Shown here: positions 33,627-52,260 of the stretch, piece by piece | Layout of the letters: each line of letters starts with the position of its first letter | Position numbering within the stretch: the first letter of the stretch is position 1 | From: the human T2T-CHM13v2.0 reference genome, Homo sapiens | Reading direction: 5' to 3' (one strand) | NCBI RefSeq assembly: GCF_009914755.1 | Contig: NC_060947.1 | DNA: 64,000 bases | Made by a program: the position numbers and the translations under genes | Notes under the pieces: model-generated | Databases searched by the model: none | What the model saw: the letters and a program-made list of their open reading frames with translations, nothing else | Told to the model about the DNA's origin: nothing

Positions 33627-34133
33627 CATGGTGGTTAGTCTTTATTTTCCCACACATCCTGATTCATTTCCTGTCCTTCTCTGTCTTGTTCTATGCCCTG
33701 GGCGGCTGATCCTTAGGGACTGCATCCCCCAGACTCCATTTGTAATTGACTTCTGCTTGGGTTTGGTCAATGGAATGCCCTGGCACAGCTTTGGAGGGAA
33801 GAAGAGAGAAGACAATGTATTTCTTCACTGCTCCCACTCTGATTTGGGCTATGTTTTATTGGCAGGGACTGCATCCCTTCAAGATTTTAGCTTCTTCCAG
33901 AAGTCCCCTCCTCCATGACTCTAGCTCTCACTAGGCTCCAGAAATACTATTTCTTCCTCTTGCCCTCTTAGGCCTAGGGTAACAGCTACCTGCTATTGCT
34001 AACCTCTGGGTGCCACAAAATTGCTTGTTGGGTCTCATAATCTTGCATATACCTCTGTAAGTAGTCCCTACATTAAAGTCCCTTGAACCATCTGATTTAG
34101 ATTTTTTTACTGGCTAGGACTCTGACTGAGGTG
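33627..34133 (+). mobile_element. ERVL LTR (LTR33-like)
   Basis: GCCCTGGGCGGCTGATCC..GGACTGCATC..GGGTTTGGTCAATGG; ATTAAA near 34072; ends CTGACTGA. Confidence 0.65.
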
Positions 34134-35256
34134 CTGGTGTGAGGCCTAGAATTACTGCAGCTATTTTGATACCATTAGAATGCACAGTCAAGGATAAAGC
34201 TTTCATGTAAGGAAGGGTATAGCAGAGAAAATTATAGAAAAATGAAGCAGAATCTTAATCAAATTGTACTTAAAGTCAGATAACTTCTGGATGCAACTCA
34301 CTGAAGTAAGAATAGGTGGATATTTCTTAAATATGACAAAAATATATACATTTCTAACAAGAAGCCTTTCATGTTTAAGGGATAAACACTAGAAGCATTT
34401 CCATTAAAATTAGGAAAAAGACAAGAATGCCAGTTATTTCCACAATTATTTAACATTGTTCTAGAAGTACTAGTTAATGCAGTCAACCAAGAGAAAGAAA
34501 TGTAATATTGATATTGGAAAGGAAGGGGCAGGCAAGATTATCATTACCACAAATGAAGCAAATCTAAGAGAATCAACTAAAGACTACTTGAAACCTTTGG
34601 AACTCCATAAAAAGGCTGGTTATGAAATCAATAGAATAAAAACTGATCACTTTCATATATAAAAACAACAAACAAAATGTAAAATAAGAAAAAAAATCTA
34701 AATTACAATAGCCATGGGAAAAGATAAGCTCCTTTTGAATAAACTTAACAAAAAAATCTGTAAGACATATCCATTCATTCAGTAAATATGGATTGATAAC
34801 CTACAGTGTGCCAGGCAATGTTCTAGGAGTTATTTTTATTTAAAAAATTTAGAAACTGCTGAGAAAAATAAAGACAAATAAGTAGAAAAACTGGGTTGTT
34901 GGATAGAAAGATATTCCTGTAAAGATGCCAATTATCACTCAGTTAACTTATAAATTATGTGCAACACAAATTGAAATTAAAAACGGTAGTTTTTAGGGGA
35001 CTATAACAAAATAACAGATTTTAGTCTCTAAATAAATACATGTGAACAGGCAGGTAATGATAAAAAAGATGAGTTATGAGAGACCTTACCCTTCAGATAT
35101 TGAAACATATTATGAAGATACTATAGTTAAAACAGTTTGTTATTTAAGAAGAAAGAAAAGATAACAGATTAAAAGAATATAATAAAGAATAAAGAAATAG
35201 ATACAAACATATGTGGATGTTTAGATTATGATAATTATGGTAAAGATGGCACTTTA

Positions 35257-38200
35257 TTTTTTATTTTTTGGGTATTATACATTTAATTTAAAGACTTCGA
35301 AGTAAAAAAAAAAGGTACAGAAATACAGATTACATTGTGATGACCCCAGTAGTATTCTACATGACAAAAATAAAAACAGATTTAAGTAAATGTATCGGCA
35401 CTGAACAAGCATTTACTTAACATCCAATCCAGGCTGCATATGCACAAAATGATCTGACCACATGCTTATGCAAAGTAGTTTTTCTTAGAACGCCAAAATT
35501 CCAACCATTCTGACTGTCCGCTGCGCATTCCCCTGTTGAGTATTTTGAGCGAACTTCTATAGAATATAAAAACAATTGGCATGGCACTTAAAGACTGCAA
35601 AAAACAGAACACAATTAAAAACATTTATAATGCATTTCTGTATAAAATATACACCATAAAGACCACCCTGAATAATGGTTAAAACCTCATCATAGAAAAA
35701 TGCTCATCATTTTGCACATTATTGATAGAAACTACTGAGAGGTTTTCTTGGGGGGCTGGTGGGAAGGTAGACACCCAACTTAAAGATTCATTCAAAATTT
35801 GCTTTAAATTGTGGGTAATAACTCACTGCTTACCCCTCTCAAAATGTTTTATCATGAATACTCTAATATTTAACCACAGGACAAACATAAAGAATAACCT
35901 GAAGAAGGTGTTTCTCAAAGTGAAGTTGAAGGCTCCAAAAGAAGTCTAAGGTGGGCCCACTAGTGTGCATTTTAAACAAACTTCCTAGGTGATTATTTCA
36001 CATTCCAAAATCTGAGAACTAATGCCCTGTGGGAAACAGCACCACTTAAAAGCAAGGCCATAACATATTTCTGACATGAGATACAGAATTCTAAGTTTAT
36101 GATTTGAAGTGAATACTGCTTTTTGTTTTAAAACAAGTTTCAGATGTTAAGAGAAACATATTAAATAAACATGTGCATGTATATAAACATTTTCCTTTGA
36201 GGTTTTCATTGCTTTCAGACTTATGTTATTTGAAGGAAAGAGAGTACACAGCTAGAAACTTTGGAAAAATGACATTTCCAATGAAATGTAGCATCCACCC
36301 CTCCAAAAAAAGATAATTTATTAAATGCCTACAAATTTTGAAACATTTGAAATTTAAACTAGGACACTTTCCTAAAATTAAGTTTTACTAAGATTAAAAA
36401 ACTTTAAGTAATTTAGATGATCATGGTTACTTTTTAAGTCCCTTTTCATTAAAAAATATTTAAAATAAACAACAGAAGGATGCTATATTTGGCACCCCCT
36501 TAAATAAACTGCTAAACACTAATATTAATAAAAAATAATCCAAGGAACTCTGCCTCTGAAATGTATTCTACTATGTGTTACATGTGTTATCCAGTTAATA
36601 AAAACTCACTGAAAGAGCTGATACTGTGACGTGTGTGAGTGTATGTGTGTGTCCTGAACATTTATTCATGCCTACTTGATTTTTCTGATTTCACTAAAGA
36701 CTCTATAAACAGGGTCCAATCATATAGATAATGTGGTTTAGGGGGAGAAATGAGCATAATTAAGATACCCTACTTAAAAATAAATAATTTTCCTGTATAC
36801 TAAATTGTAAGGAAAAAATATTATACATTCTGCCTCCACTGAATACATGGAATGCTTTTACAAGTTTGATAACAATAATGAGTGCCTCATTTGAATCAAG
36901 TCACAAAAGCAACTGTGGGGATTCACTCTCCAATAGGAAATAAAAATATTACCACTGTACTTTGCTGTATCTATTTTAAATTTCTGTTTTTTTCCTTTCT
37001 ATATACTGAGTAATCTTCCATTCAACTGCATCCTTGGTCTTTTGCAGTATATATATTAACATTGCAGTTAAAGTTTCCAATAAATGGATAGGCTCAGGAG
37101 CTACCCCGTTAATATACTTAAAAAGAAAAATCACTTGTGCCAGTTTTGCAAAAATAGTTAATGATTTGCAATCTGATTCATAATAAAAAGTGTCTGTTTT
37201 TTAACTCAAGAAGAATTTCCCAATTTGGTTTTTGTTTTGTTGTTTTGTTTGAGACCGTGTCTCACTCACTGTTGCCCAGGCTGGAGTAATCTTGGCTCTC
37301 TGGAAACTCCATCTCCTGGGTTCAAGTGATTCTCCTGCTTCAGCCTCCCGAGTAGCTGGGATTACAGGTATGCGCCACCATGCCCAGCTAATTTTTGTAT
37401 TTTTAGTAGAGACAGGATTTCACCATGTTGGTCAGGCCGATCTCGAACTCCTGACCTCAAGTGATCTGCCCGCCTCAGCCTCCCAAAGTACTGGAATTAC
37501 AGGCGTTGAGTCACTGCACCCAGCTGCATTTCCCAATTTTAAGCAAGCAGCATCTTCTATTACCAATTTAGTAACTGCTGCCTTAAAAAATCGATAATTT
37601 ATTTATCCAAGGCAATAAAATTTACACCCGAATTTTTAAACATAAAGAACTCCAAAACTAATAGGTAATATAAAAAGTTGTTGCATTTTATATTAATCTT
37701 TTATTTCAAAATTAAACCCTGAAGTGATTTAACACAGAATGACAAAAATTATGGGAGGTTTATGATGTAATCCCACTATGTGCCTTAATGCAACTGATAC
37801 TTTTTAAATGCAGTGGTTTTCTTTGTTTTTTTTTTAAACAAAAAAGATAACTTCATTACTCATCTGTAGGCCTTTTAAAAACTGAAAAACCAGTTCAACT
37901 AAATTTTGACATGATTGTCTGGAAGCTAGTATTAATTTATTTTTCATAGTAAAAAAGATGTAATAATTGATTCATGTAGTCTACGAGAGAAGATACTGGG
38001 TGTTTTTTTGTAGGTGGCAAATATAAAATGGTTAATTGTATCCAGGCTGGCAGCAAGTTTATCCATGCATTAAATGGCAACATGAGTAGAATACATGGTT
38101 GAAAAATGAGGATCGGACACATTCTTCTGCAGACATCAAAAGAGGATTGATATACTCAAAACCTTCAAATTCAGACTGATCAATCTTTCTCACAATGTCA

Positions 38201-40078
38201 TCGACATCTGGAGTGAGCTAGACAGGTTCATTAGTAAACTGAGAATCAAAGTTGTCCAAACCAAATTCCCCAGAAATATTTGGTTTAAAGGGAGATACCA
38301 CCTGTTTTTGCTCCATCATATCCCAATCAACATTTTGGAAGAACGGGTGTCCCTGAATATCAGCAAATCCTGTTTGAGGATGACAACCCAGTCGTTTCTT
38401 AGGGTCCTTGTTAAGAAAACTCTTCAGAACACTTGCAGCTTTTCCAGACAGAGAACGTGGTATGTGAATTTGTTTTTCCACAATAACTTGGAAGAGAGAA
38501 TCCTCTGTGTTCTGGTCAGGGTTATCGGAGCTCCCAACAGTATCAAATGGAGTCCTTCCTGCCATCGTCTCAAACATTAGCACTCCAAGAGCCCACCAGT
38601 CAACACTGAAACCATAATCTCCTCCTCTTAAAATTTCAGGAGCAATGTAATTAGGAGTACCACAGAAAGTGCTGGTTGTATCTCCTGGCCGTAATCCTTC
38701 CTTAACACATGCCGTAGTCAGTGAGTTTAATGTGGCCTTCAGAGTCCAGTAATACATTGTCCAGTTTCAAATCTCTATAAATTATCCCTCACTCATGAAG
38801 ATAATTGAATGCTGGACTGATTTCTGCAGAGTAAAATCTGGCATGTTCTTCAGGAAGTTTTCTTTGTCGCTGCATATGAAACATTAGGTCTCCTCCATTT
38901 ACATACTCTATAACAAAGAACAATCTGCTTTCTGTCTGAAAGCAAGACTGCAGCCCAACAAGGAAAGGATGATTGGATGCCTGCTCAAACACATGTTTCT
39001 CTGTCTGCACCCAATCAATATCCTCATCATCATTAACAAGCTCTTTTTTCACAACTTTCATTGCATAAATACGATCTGTTTTTTTTTTTTTTAATGGAAC
39101 CAACAGTACTTTGGCTTAACTTCCTCTTCCTATTACCTGGAGCAAATCAAAATCCTGAAGACCTAGACTGGATGAAGCTTTGCCACTTTCTCTGGTGTTC
39201 ATTGCCTCTTTTTCTTCACCAACTTGATCCAAACTCTCATGACTTGAAGGATTATATGGAATTACTGTCTGTGCATGGTCAGAATGCATGGATGACTGAT
39301 CCATGGGCATCATTGGTTCCAGTGGCAAAGAATGCCGCCCACATTCAATTGTGAGGAGTTTATGGCACTTCTTATGAACCAAGAGTTTGCAGTTGATACA
39401 CTTATATCCTTGGCATCCAAGTCCCCATATTCAGTCTGTGCAGATGGCACAGTCAGCACGCCTGTTGAAGCACTTGGCTTGAAAAGTGTGTCCATTGGCA
39501 CAATAAAGCTTTCTCCAGTGGCGTGCACCTCTACGGTAGATGGATTTATCTTCTCTTGGACAAGGCATCCCGGGACGTTCTGGTACACAAGGGAACACAT
39601 GAATCAAGAGTTCAGAGTCCTTGTTTAGCTCATAAAGTCTAAAGGCTTCTTCTAACTCCAACTGAGATGATACTGTACACGGGTCTCCTTCCTCGTCTAT
39701 CCATTTCATGGTGAAGAGCTGTTCGTTGTCAAAAGAACATGTCTCGAACCACATTGTAAAGGCCCTCAAAGGAGACAGAAGGTTCAAAATGTGTTATCAT
39801 GATATCCCCGCGGTAGTAGGCTTTCACCCAGACCTGGTGGGAATGGTCCCCACTGCAGCCGCCTGCAACCCTGTGGGACATGGTGCTGCTGTCCCTCTGG
39901 GTCGGCATCTCCTCACTCCCCCGCCTCAACGCTGGAGGCCGGGGGTGCGGGGAGGGGGCTTCGGACGCCGTGGGAGACCCCGCCGCCCGCGCCTGTCGGA
40001 GAACCGCGGCCATCCGCCCACCTACCTGCCCACCTCACCCGCAACGCCGACCCAAGGGTCGCCTCGCCCAAGCAGCCC
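35257..40078 (-). pseudogene. PRKCIP1: Processed pseudogene of protein kinase C iota (5'UTR, CDS 39908-38113, long 3'UTR, poly(A))
   Basis: Intronless [12 protein letters not shown]..., PB1, C1 and kinase motifs ([20 protein letters not shown]); ATTAAA at 35282-35287 (-); poly(A) remnant; 15-bp TSD AAAGATGGCACTTTA (35242-35256)/AAAGATGGCACGTTA (40079-40093); frameshifts near 39738 and 38704; premature stops at 39431, 39116, 38789, 38218. Confidence 0.95.
37227..37525 (-). mobile_element. Alu (AluS-like) in the pseudogene 3'UTR
   Basis: TSD ATTTCCCAATTT at 37215-37226 and 37528-37539. Confidence 0.92.
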
Positions 40079-41489
40079 AAAGATGGCACGTTAAATCAGT
40101 GAGCTAAAGAGGGGATTATTTGATAATTAGCATTAGGACAATTTGCTAGCCATTTGGAAGAAAATAATTCCGTATGGACCAAAAATTTAAATATAAAAGG
40201 AAACATAAAAATTAGAAGAAAATACAGATCTCCCTAAGCAGGACACAAACCTCAAAAATGTAAAGAAAAAAGGTGGTAAATTTTACATATCTACAACCAT
40301 CTGATCCTTGACAAACCTGAGAAAAACAAGCAATGGGGAAAGGATCCCCTATTTAATAAATGGTGCTGGGAAAATTGGCTAGCCATATGTAGAAAGCTGA
40401 AACTGGATCCCTTCCTTACACCTTATACAAAAATCAATTCAAGATGGATTAAAGACTTACATGTTAGATCTAAAACCATGAAAACCCTAGAAGAAAACCT
40501 AGGCAATACCATTCAGGACATAGGCATGGGCAAGGACTTCATGTCTAAAACGCCAAAAGCAATGGTAACAGAAGCCAAAATTGACAAATGGGATCTCATT
40601 AAACTAAAGGGCTTCCGCACAGCAAAAGAAACTACCATCAGAGTGAAGAGGCAACCTACAGAATGGGAGAAAATTTTTGCAATCTACTTATCTGACAAAG
40701 GGCTAATATCCAGAATCAACAAAGAACTTAAACAAATTTACAAGAAAAAACCAAACAACCCCATCAAAAAGTGGGCAAAGGATATGAACAGACACTTCTC
40801 AAAAGAAGACATTTATGCAGCCAAAAGACACATGAAAAAATGCTCATCATCACTGGCCATCAGAGAAATGCAAATCAAAAGCACAATGAGATACCATCTC
40901 ACACCAGTTAGAATGGCAATCATTAAAAAGTCAGGAAACAACAGGTGCTAGAGAGGATGTGGAGAAATAGGAACACTTTTACACTGTTGGTGGGACTATA
41001 AACTAGTTCAACCATTGTGGAAGACAGTGTGGCGATTCCTCAAGGATCTAGAACTAGAAATACCATTTGCCCCAGCCATCCCATTACTGGGTATATACCC
41101 AAAGGACTATAAATCATGCTGCTATAAAGACACATGCACATGTATTTTTACTGCGGCACTATTCACAATAGCAAAGACTTGGAACCAACCCAAATGTCCA
41201 TCAATGATAGACTGGATTAAGAAAATGTGGCACATATACACCATGGAATACTATGCAGCCATAAAAAATGATGAGTTCATGTCCTCTGTGGGGACATGGA
41301 TGAAGCTGGAAACCATCATTCTGAGCAAATTATCACAAGGACAGAAAACCAAACACCGCATATTCTTACTCATAGGTGGGAATTGAACAATGAGAACACT
41401 TGGACACTGGAAGGGGAACATCACACACAGGGGCCTGTCGTCGGGTGGGGGGAGGGGGAGGGGTAGCATTAGGAGATATACCTAATGTA

Positions 41490-46997
<5,508 letters not shown>

Positions 46998-48141
46998 AGG
47001 AGATATACCTAATGTAAATGACGAGTTAATAGGTGCAGCACACCAACATGGCGCATGTATACATATGTAACAAACCTGCACGTTGTGCACATGTACCCTA
47101 GAACTTAAAGTATAATAAAAAAAAGAAAAAAAGTTGGTAAATTTTGTACTGTAAATATAAAAAATTCTATATAGAAGTCCAAAAAATTATAAATCGGGAA
47201 AATATTTATAACACTTATTGAAGTCAAAAGACTCATTTGCTTAATTTGCAGAAAGTTCTTATGTATTAGTAAGAAACAGATGAACAACTTAGTAAAAAAA
47301 TGAGGAAAGACAGTACACAGAAAGATAAATACAGATGCTTAACAAACCTCTAAGAAGATGTTTAATCTCACTTATAATTAAATAAATTAATTATTTGGAG
47401 CACAACATAGAATGCATATATATATATCTATCTATCGATCGACCTATATATATATATAAATTTAAGAGGTGAAAGTTGGCAGCATGGGTAAAATTTAAAA
47501 TGAACACCCATTTTGACACAATTATTTTACTTTTAGGAATTTATCTTGAGGAAATAATATCATAGTTGCCAAAATATATATAGACAGAAGTCTTCACTGT
47601 GGCATCTTTGTAATAGATAAAGATTAGGAAGAGGCTAAGTATCCATCAGTAAAAGATTGGTTAAATTCTGGTAAATCCACGCTTCAGAATATTAGTGTGT
47701 CTGCTAAAAAGATTCACATGATATATCAGGTGAAAAAAATAGTTATGCAGAATAATATGCATAGTATAATCCCAAATTATTTTAGAAAGATATATGTGTA
47801 CACACACACATAATGTATCTACATATATTTTTTAGTAATATATGTGAAACAACAACAAAACCTGGAAAGAGTCACCTGAAAAATTAACAGTGGTTTTCAT
47901 AGGATTTATCCTAGGATTGAAGTAGATTGGTTATCACAGTAGTTATCAGAGGGGTGGGGAAGTTGAGATTTTTTATTTTCTGTTCCCCTCTTTTCCTAGT
48001 TACCACCTGCTTTTCTTCATCTCAGCTGAAAACTTCACTCTCTCTGCCCCAGCAAGGAAACTTTCCCTGATCCTCAGACTATGCCCCTTTTTTAAAAACG
48101 ATATTAACAGAGGTTTTTTCCTTTACAGTATTTTTCTCTCT

Positions 48142-48145
<4 letters not shown>

Positions 48146-48185
<40 letters not shown>
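48146..48185. repeat. (TG)n microsatellite
   Basis: Seen directly; preceded by a short (TC)n. Confidence 0.97.
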
Positions 48186-48188
<3 letters not shown>

Positions 48189-48419
48189 CGCTCATTTTAT
48201 TAAGGTCTTATTTCCACCACGAGAGAAGAGTCTGTGTTGTTTTTGCTCACCAATACATTCCCCATAAGCTCAGCACTTGTGGCCGCTCTCCCTATTTCCT
48301 CTCCTTCCCAGTATTATGATATGGACAATTTAATTTTCCTCAGTCTTATATAAAGGGTTATAAAAGTGCACCTTTAGGCATCCCCCAAATCATCCATACA
48401 CAGATGAAGAAGAACACAT

Positions 48420-48910
48420 GAAAAACAAACAGCAAATGTCAGGTTGCACTAAACAATGAAATACTAAGGACACTCCCATTTTCTTCAAGAATAAGATCTG
48501 GAGGCCCTCAATCACCATTATCATTCAAACTAGTTCTGCAGGTTCTGGTCAATGGAATACATGCAGAAAATAAAAGAATAAAGAATATAAATACTGGAAA
48601 AGAAGAAATGAAAAATCATCATTTGCAGATATTATGCATGCATACCTGGAAAAACCAAAAGTATCGATGAAAAAACTATTAGAAATAATAAGAATGGTCA
48701 CTAAAGATAAATATATCATAATTAATTACTTTACCTGAGACAAACAATAACCAGGTAGAATGTGTAATCATAATGGGAATGTCATTCATATAAACAAAAC
48801 ACAAACATAATAAGAAATGAGTATAAAGAAACATCACATTTATTGAAAATCTCAAAAGTTGGCATGGATAGAAAGACTCCATTTTTAAAGATGTAAATTC
48901 TCCAATTAAA
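48420..48910 (+). mobile_element. Ancient L1M ORF2 RT-region fragment
   Basis: TCATCATTTGCAGATATTATG (FADDM-like) near 48616. Confidence 0.6.
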
Positions 48911-49106
48911 GTGCAGATTTATTGCAAGTACTGCAGTAAATGTCAATTGTTTTGTTTTGCATATTGTTCAACTTGGAACTTGACACATCCACATACATAT
49001 ACTGTATATTTGCAGGAAGAAAGGTCGATATCATTGAAAGTGCTTGGTGGTAGAATAGGCATTGCAGGGCAGTTTTGCATTCTACTCTACAGATTTCTGC
49101 ACTTAA

Positions 49107-49440
<334 letters not shown>

Positions 49441-49504
49441 TAGATTTTCTATTGAGGGGATATATAGCTTTTTTTCAGGAAAGTATTAATAGTTCTTAGT
49501 TATT

Positions 49505-49635
49505 TTTTAAAAGTCATACATGCCTGTGAGAATCTGATGAAAGCTATGGCTCCTTTCTCCACGAAAATGAATATACGTATGACCACAATTGCAGGTGGTC
49601 CACAAGGTTGTCCGTGTGAGAATGCCTACTCTGGG
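49505..49635. mobile_element. MER103-like hAT relic
   Basis: GAGAATCTGATGAAAGCTATGG motif. Confidence 0.5.
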
Positions 49636-50418
49636 TTAATCCATGGGGATTGTTCCTTAGGCATACATTTGGCTGAGCGGGCACCAAGGTGGATATGGAC
49701 TGGCAGGCAGTAACTCTGCAACAAGATTAGGTTCTCTTTTTAAGGAAGCCAGAGGCAAGAAGCCCAGCGGGCTGCACCTCTCAGGTCAGGTGGTGGCAGC
49801 ACACAGTATTAGGAGCAATGCTCACTCAGGCACCATGAATAAGGGCAGAGGGGTAGGTAGGAACAGAAAGCCCTTCGATGCATTGCTGTTACCTCTGTGG
49901 GAATTTGGGGAAGGAAGGGAAGGAGCCAAAGGTATTTACTCTGATTGGTCACCTGAGTAAACGTGGCATTTACCACCTTGGTCACTCATCTATATATATT
50001 TTTGGAGTGAACAATAGATGGGTGCCTGAATACAGGGGATGAGAGGCTATGGAATGTGGAAGGGTGGGAGGGCAGCACCTTCTTCCGCTCTTGACAGGGC
50101 AGGAAGGATTAGAACATCGCTGCATCCCTCACACCCTCAGGTGCCTCAGCCTTGGTAGACTGGAATTCAATTCAGAGGCAGGTGATCAGAGTAGCCATCA
50201 AATCACAAGAGGTTCATATAACAGTCGGTCAAGACTTTGGGACGTTAAATACATGCTTTTCTTTAATTTAATAAGACAGGGTTGTGTTGCTTTAACTTAT
50301 CAAATTGCAAGTTGATTCAAAAATAGAAAAAGTAAGGAATTATTTGTGTAAAATGGCCAAGATTAGACAACTGGTCGTCTCTTTGTGGAGTAATTCATAG
50401 ATCATGTAAAAAAAATCC

Positions 50419-50535
50419 ATTTTTTTTAAGAGATAGAGGCTTGCTCTCTGTCACCCAGGCTGGAGTGCAGTGGTGACATCATAGCTCACTGCAGCCTTAA
50501 ACTCCTGGGCTCCAGCAATCCACCCACCTCAGCCC
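50419..50535 (-). mobile_element. Alu right-arm fragment (AluJ/FRAM-like)
   Basis: Poly(T) then TCACCCAGGCTGGAGTGCAGTGG... Confidence 0.85.
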
Positions 50536-51059
50536 ACTTTTCAATTTTAAAATGAGTTATTTTGTTTTAAAAGCTACTAATTGGCTGTAACCAGTAGAAA
50601 TATTTTCCTACTGTTACAAATAAAATAACGAAATTAATGAGGCCTTTTGGGTTTTCTCTCCCGTTTAAACTCTCCACTCAAAGGAAAATAGCATCATTTT
50701 ATTTTCTCAATATAAAAGTAATGCGTTACTGATTTAAAAACAAATGAGCAGAAAAGTTTAAATAAGACACTCCCACGATCTATCTCCTTTTCTAACATCT
50801 TGCTCCACATTTTACAGGGGTGCAGAAGAAATAGGACATTCATGACTTGTGATGGGGGGAGGTATAGAGAGAGACAGTTGGACTGGGACTAGAGAAGATA
50901 AAAAATTATTCCTCGAAGAGGAAGAAAAGGCCAACGGACACGGGAGCAGATACAGCCTCTCCCTGTAAACCAAAGAAAGGCAAATTCACCACAAAGAGAA
51001 GCTACTTCTAGTCTCCGGGGTTGGCAAAGAGGAAAATGAGTGACAGGACCTGATGTGTC

Positions 51060-51180
51060 AGGGAAGGAAGGGGAGGGCCGGCTTCTGCGGCGCTGCTGAT
51101 GGGAGTGGTAATTGGGGTCCTGATCTCATGGTTGACGTGGCCCTCACGTGAGCTGGAGCCGACGCGTGCAGACGTCCTTC
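51060..51180 (+). promoter_or_regulatory. ARMCX1: ARMCX1 CpG-rich promoter with adjacent CRE-like and E-box motifs
   Basis: TGACGTGG at 51133-51140 and palindromic TCACGTGA at 51144-51151; CpG density rises from about 51070. Confidence 0.7.
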
Positions 51181-51287
51181 TAATCCTAGTCTTCGTTTGG
51201 TCCGGTTGCACTCTTCCTATAGCCCAGAGGGCGAGAGGGCCTGTGGCCTGGGGGAAGGAGGACGAGGTTCTGCCTGGATCCCAGCAG
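51180..51287 (+). other. ARMCX1: ARMCX1 non-coding exon 1 (start approximate)
   Basis: Donor CAG|GTTTGT at 51287/51288; ATG-free; immediately downstream of the promoter motifs. Confidence 0.65.
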
Positions 51288-51600
51288 GTTTGTGTGTGGA
51301 TGGGCGTTGCCAGGGGATCCCTGCGGCGCGGGCAGTGAACCGTGGAGGCCGAAGGGGGAGCACAGTTCACTTTCTCCAAACCCTTGCAGTATCCCTTGCC
51401 CTTTCTAGAACAAAAATGGTAGACCTTGGGGCCGGATTCCAGGGGCGACCCCAGACTCGGGCGTCGTGGGACCTTTAACATCCAGGGCCTTGAATCAGGG
51501 AGGGCGGATATTCGGATTCATGTCCTGTGTGCTGGCCCATCTACCAAGCCAGAATCTTGGGGCTGTGCGTCTGACAGTCATACCCCTTTTCTTTCAGTAG

Positions 51601-51651
51601 GACGCTGTGCCATTTGGGAACAAAGGAATAGTCTGCCTGGAATCCCTGCAG
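51601..51651 (+). other. ARMCX1: ARMCX1 non-coding exon 2
   Basis: Polypyrimidine tract plus CAGTAG acceptor; donor CAG|GTCAGT. Confidence 0.7.
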
Positions 51652-52195
51652 GTCAGTGTAAAGCTGGAGCTGTCCCGCGGCGCCCAGAAGGACTGGGATG
51701 ACTGAGGTCCTTGCCTTAACTTGGGCCCTTTACCGACTCTCAAGCAATCTTCCTGCCATTTTTTTTTTCTTCAGTAAAAGAGGATGTAACAGTGGCTGCA
51801 GGAAAAGTGCTTGTGATTGCGGGTAGGGTGCGTTGGGGAGAGGAATAGAAGAGATCGGTTGGTTTTGTTTTTCTCCTCGGATTTTCCATATCCCCCCTCG
51901 CCCCGCCCCGCTTCCAGTGGTTTGAAAGGGGTGTGGTTTTGCTGGGAAAATGGCCGACCGCTGGGGCTGCGGGAGGGAGTGAGGGCCGGGGGCGGGGACG
52001 GGGGTAGGGGAACACTACCAAGCGACAGGGCTGGTGTCAGCGGAGTCCAGAGAAGTGAGGGTAGGGTGAGAAACAAAAAGGTAAAATCCATTGACAGCCA
52101 GGACCCTGAATTAGGAGAAGTGGATATTGGGACTCCCCGAAGTGCTTTTCTGTCCGCTGAGCCTTCAGTTTCTGCCTTGTTGCCTGTGTCTGCAG

Positions 52196-52260
52196 ATCTT
52201 GGGGCCGGAGGCCAGTCCAACCCTTGGAGCAGGAAGAAACGCAAAGTTGTCAAGAACCAA
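52196..52260 (+). other. ARMCX1: ARMCX1 non-coding exon 3
   Basis: Acceptor TGTGTCTGCAG|; donor CAA|GTAGGT. Confidence 0.7.

Noticed and set aside
38218-39908. Functional PRKCI retrogene
   Set aside because: Two frameshifts and four premature stops, including one in the Gly-rich loop of the kinase.
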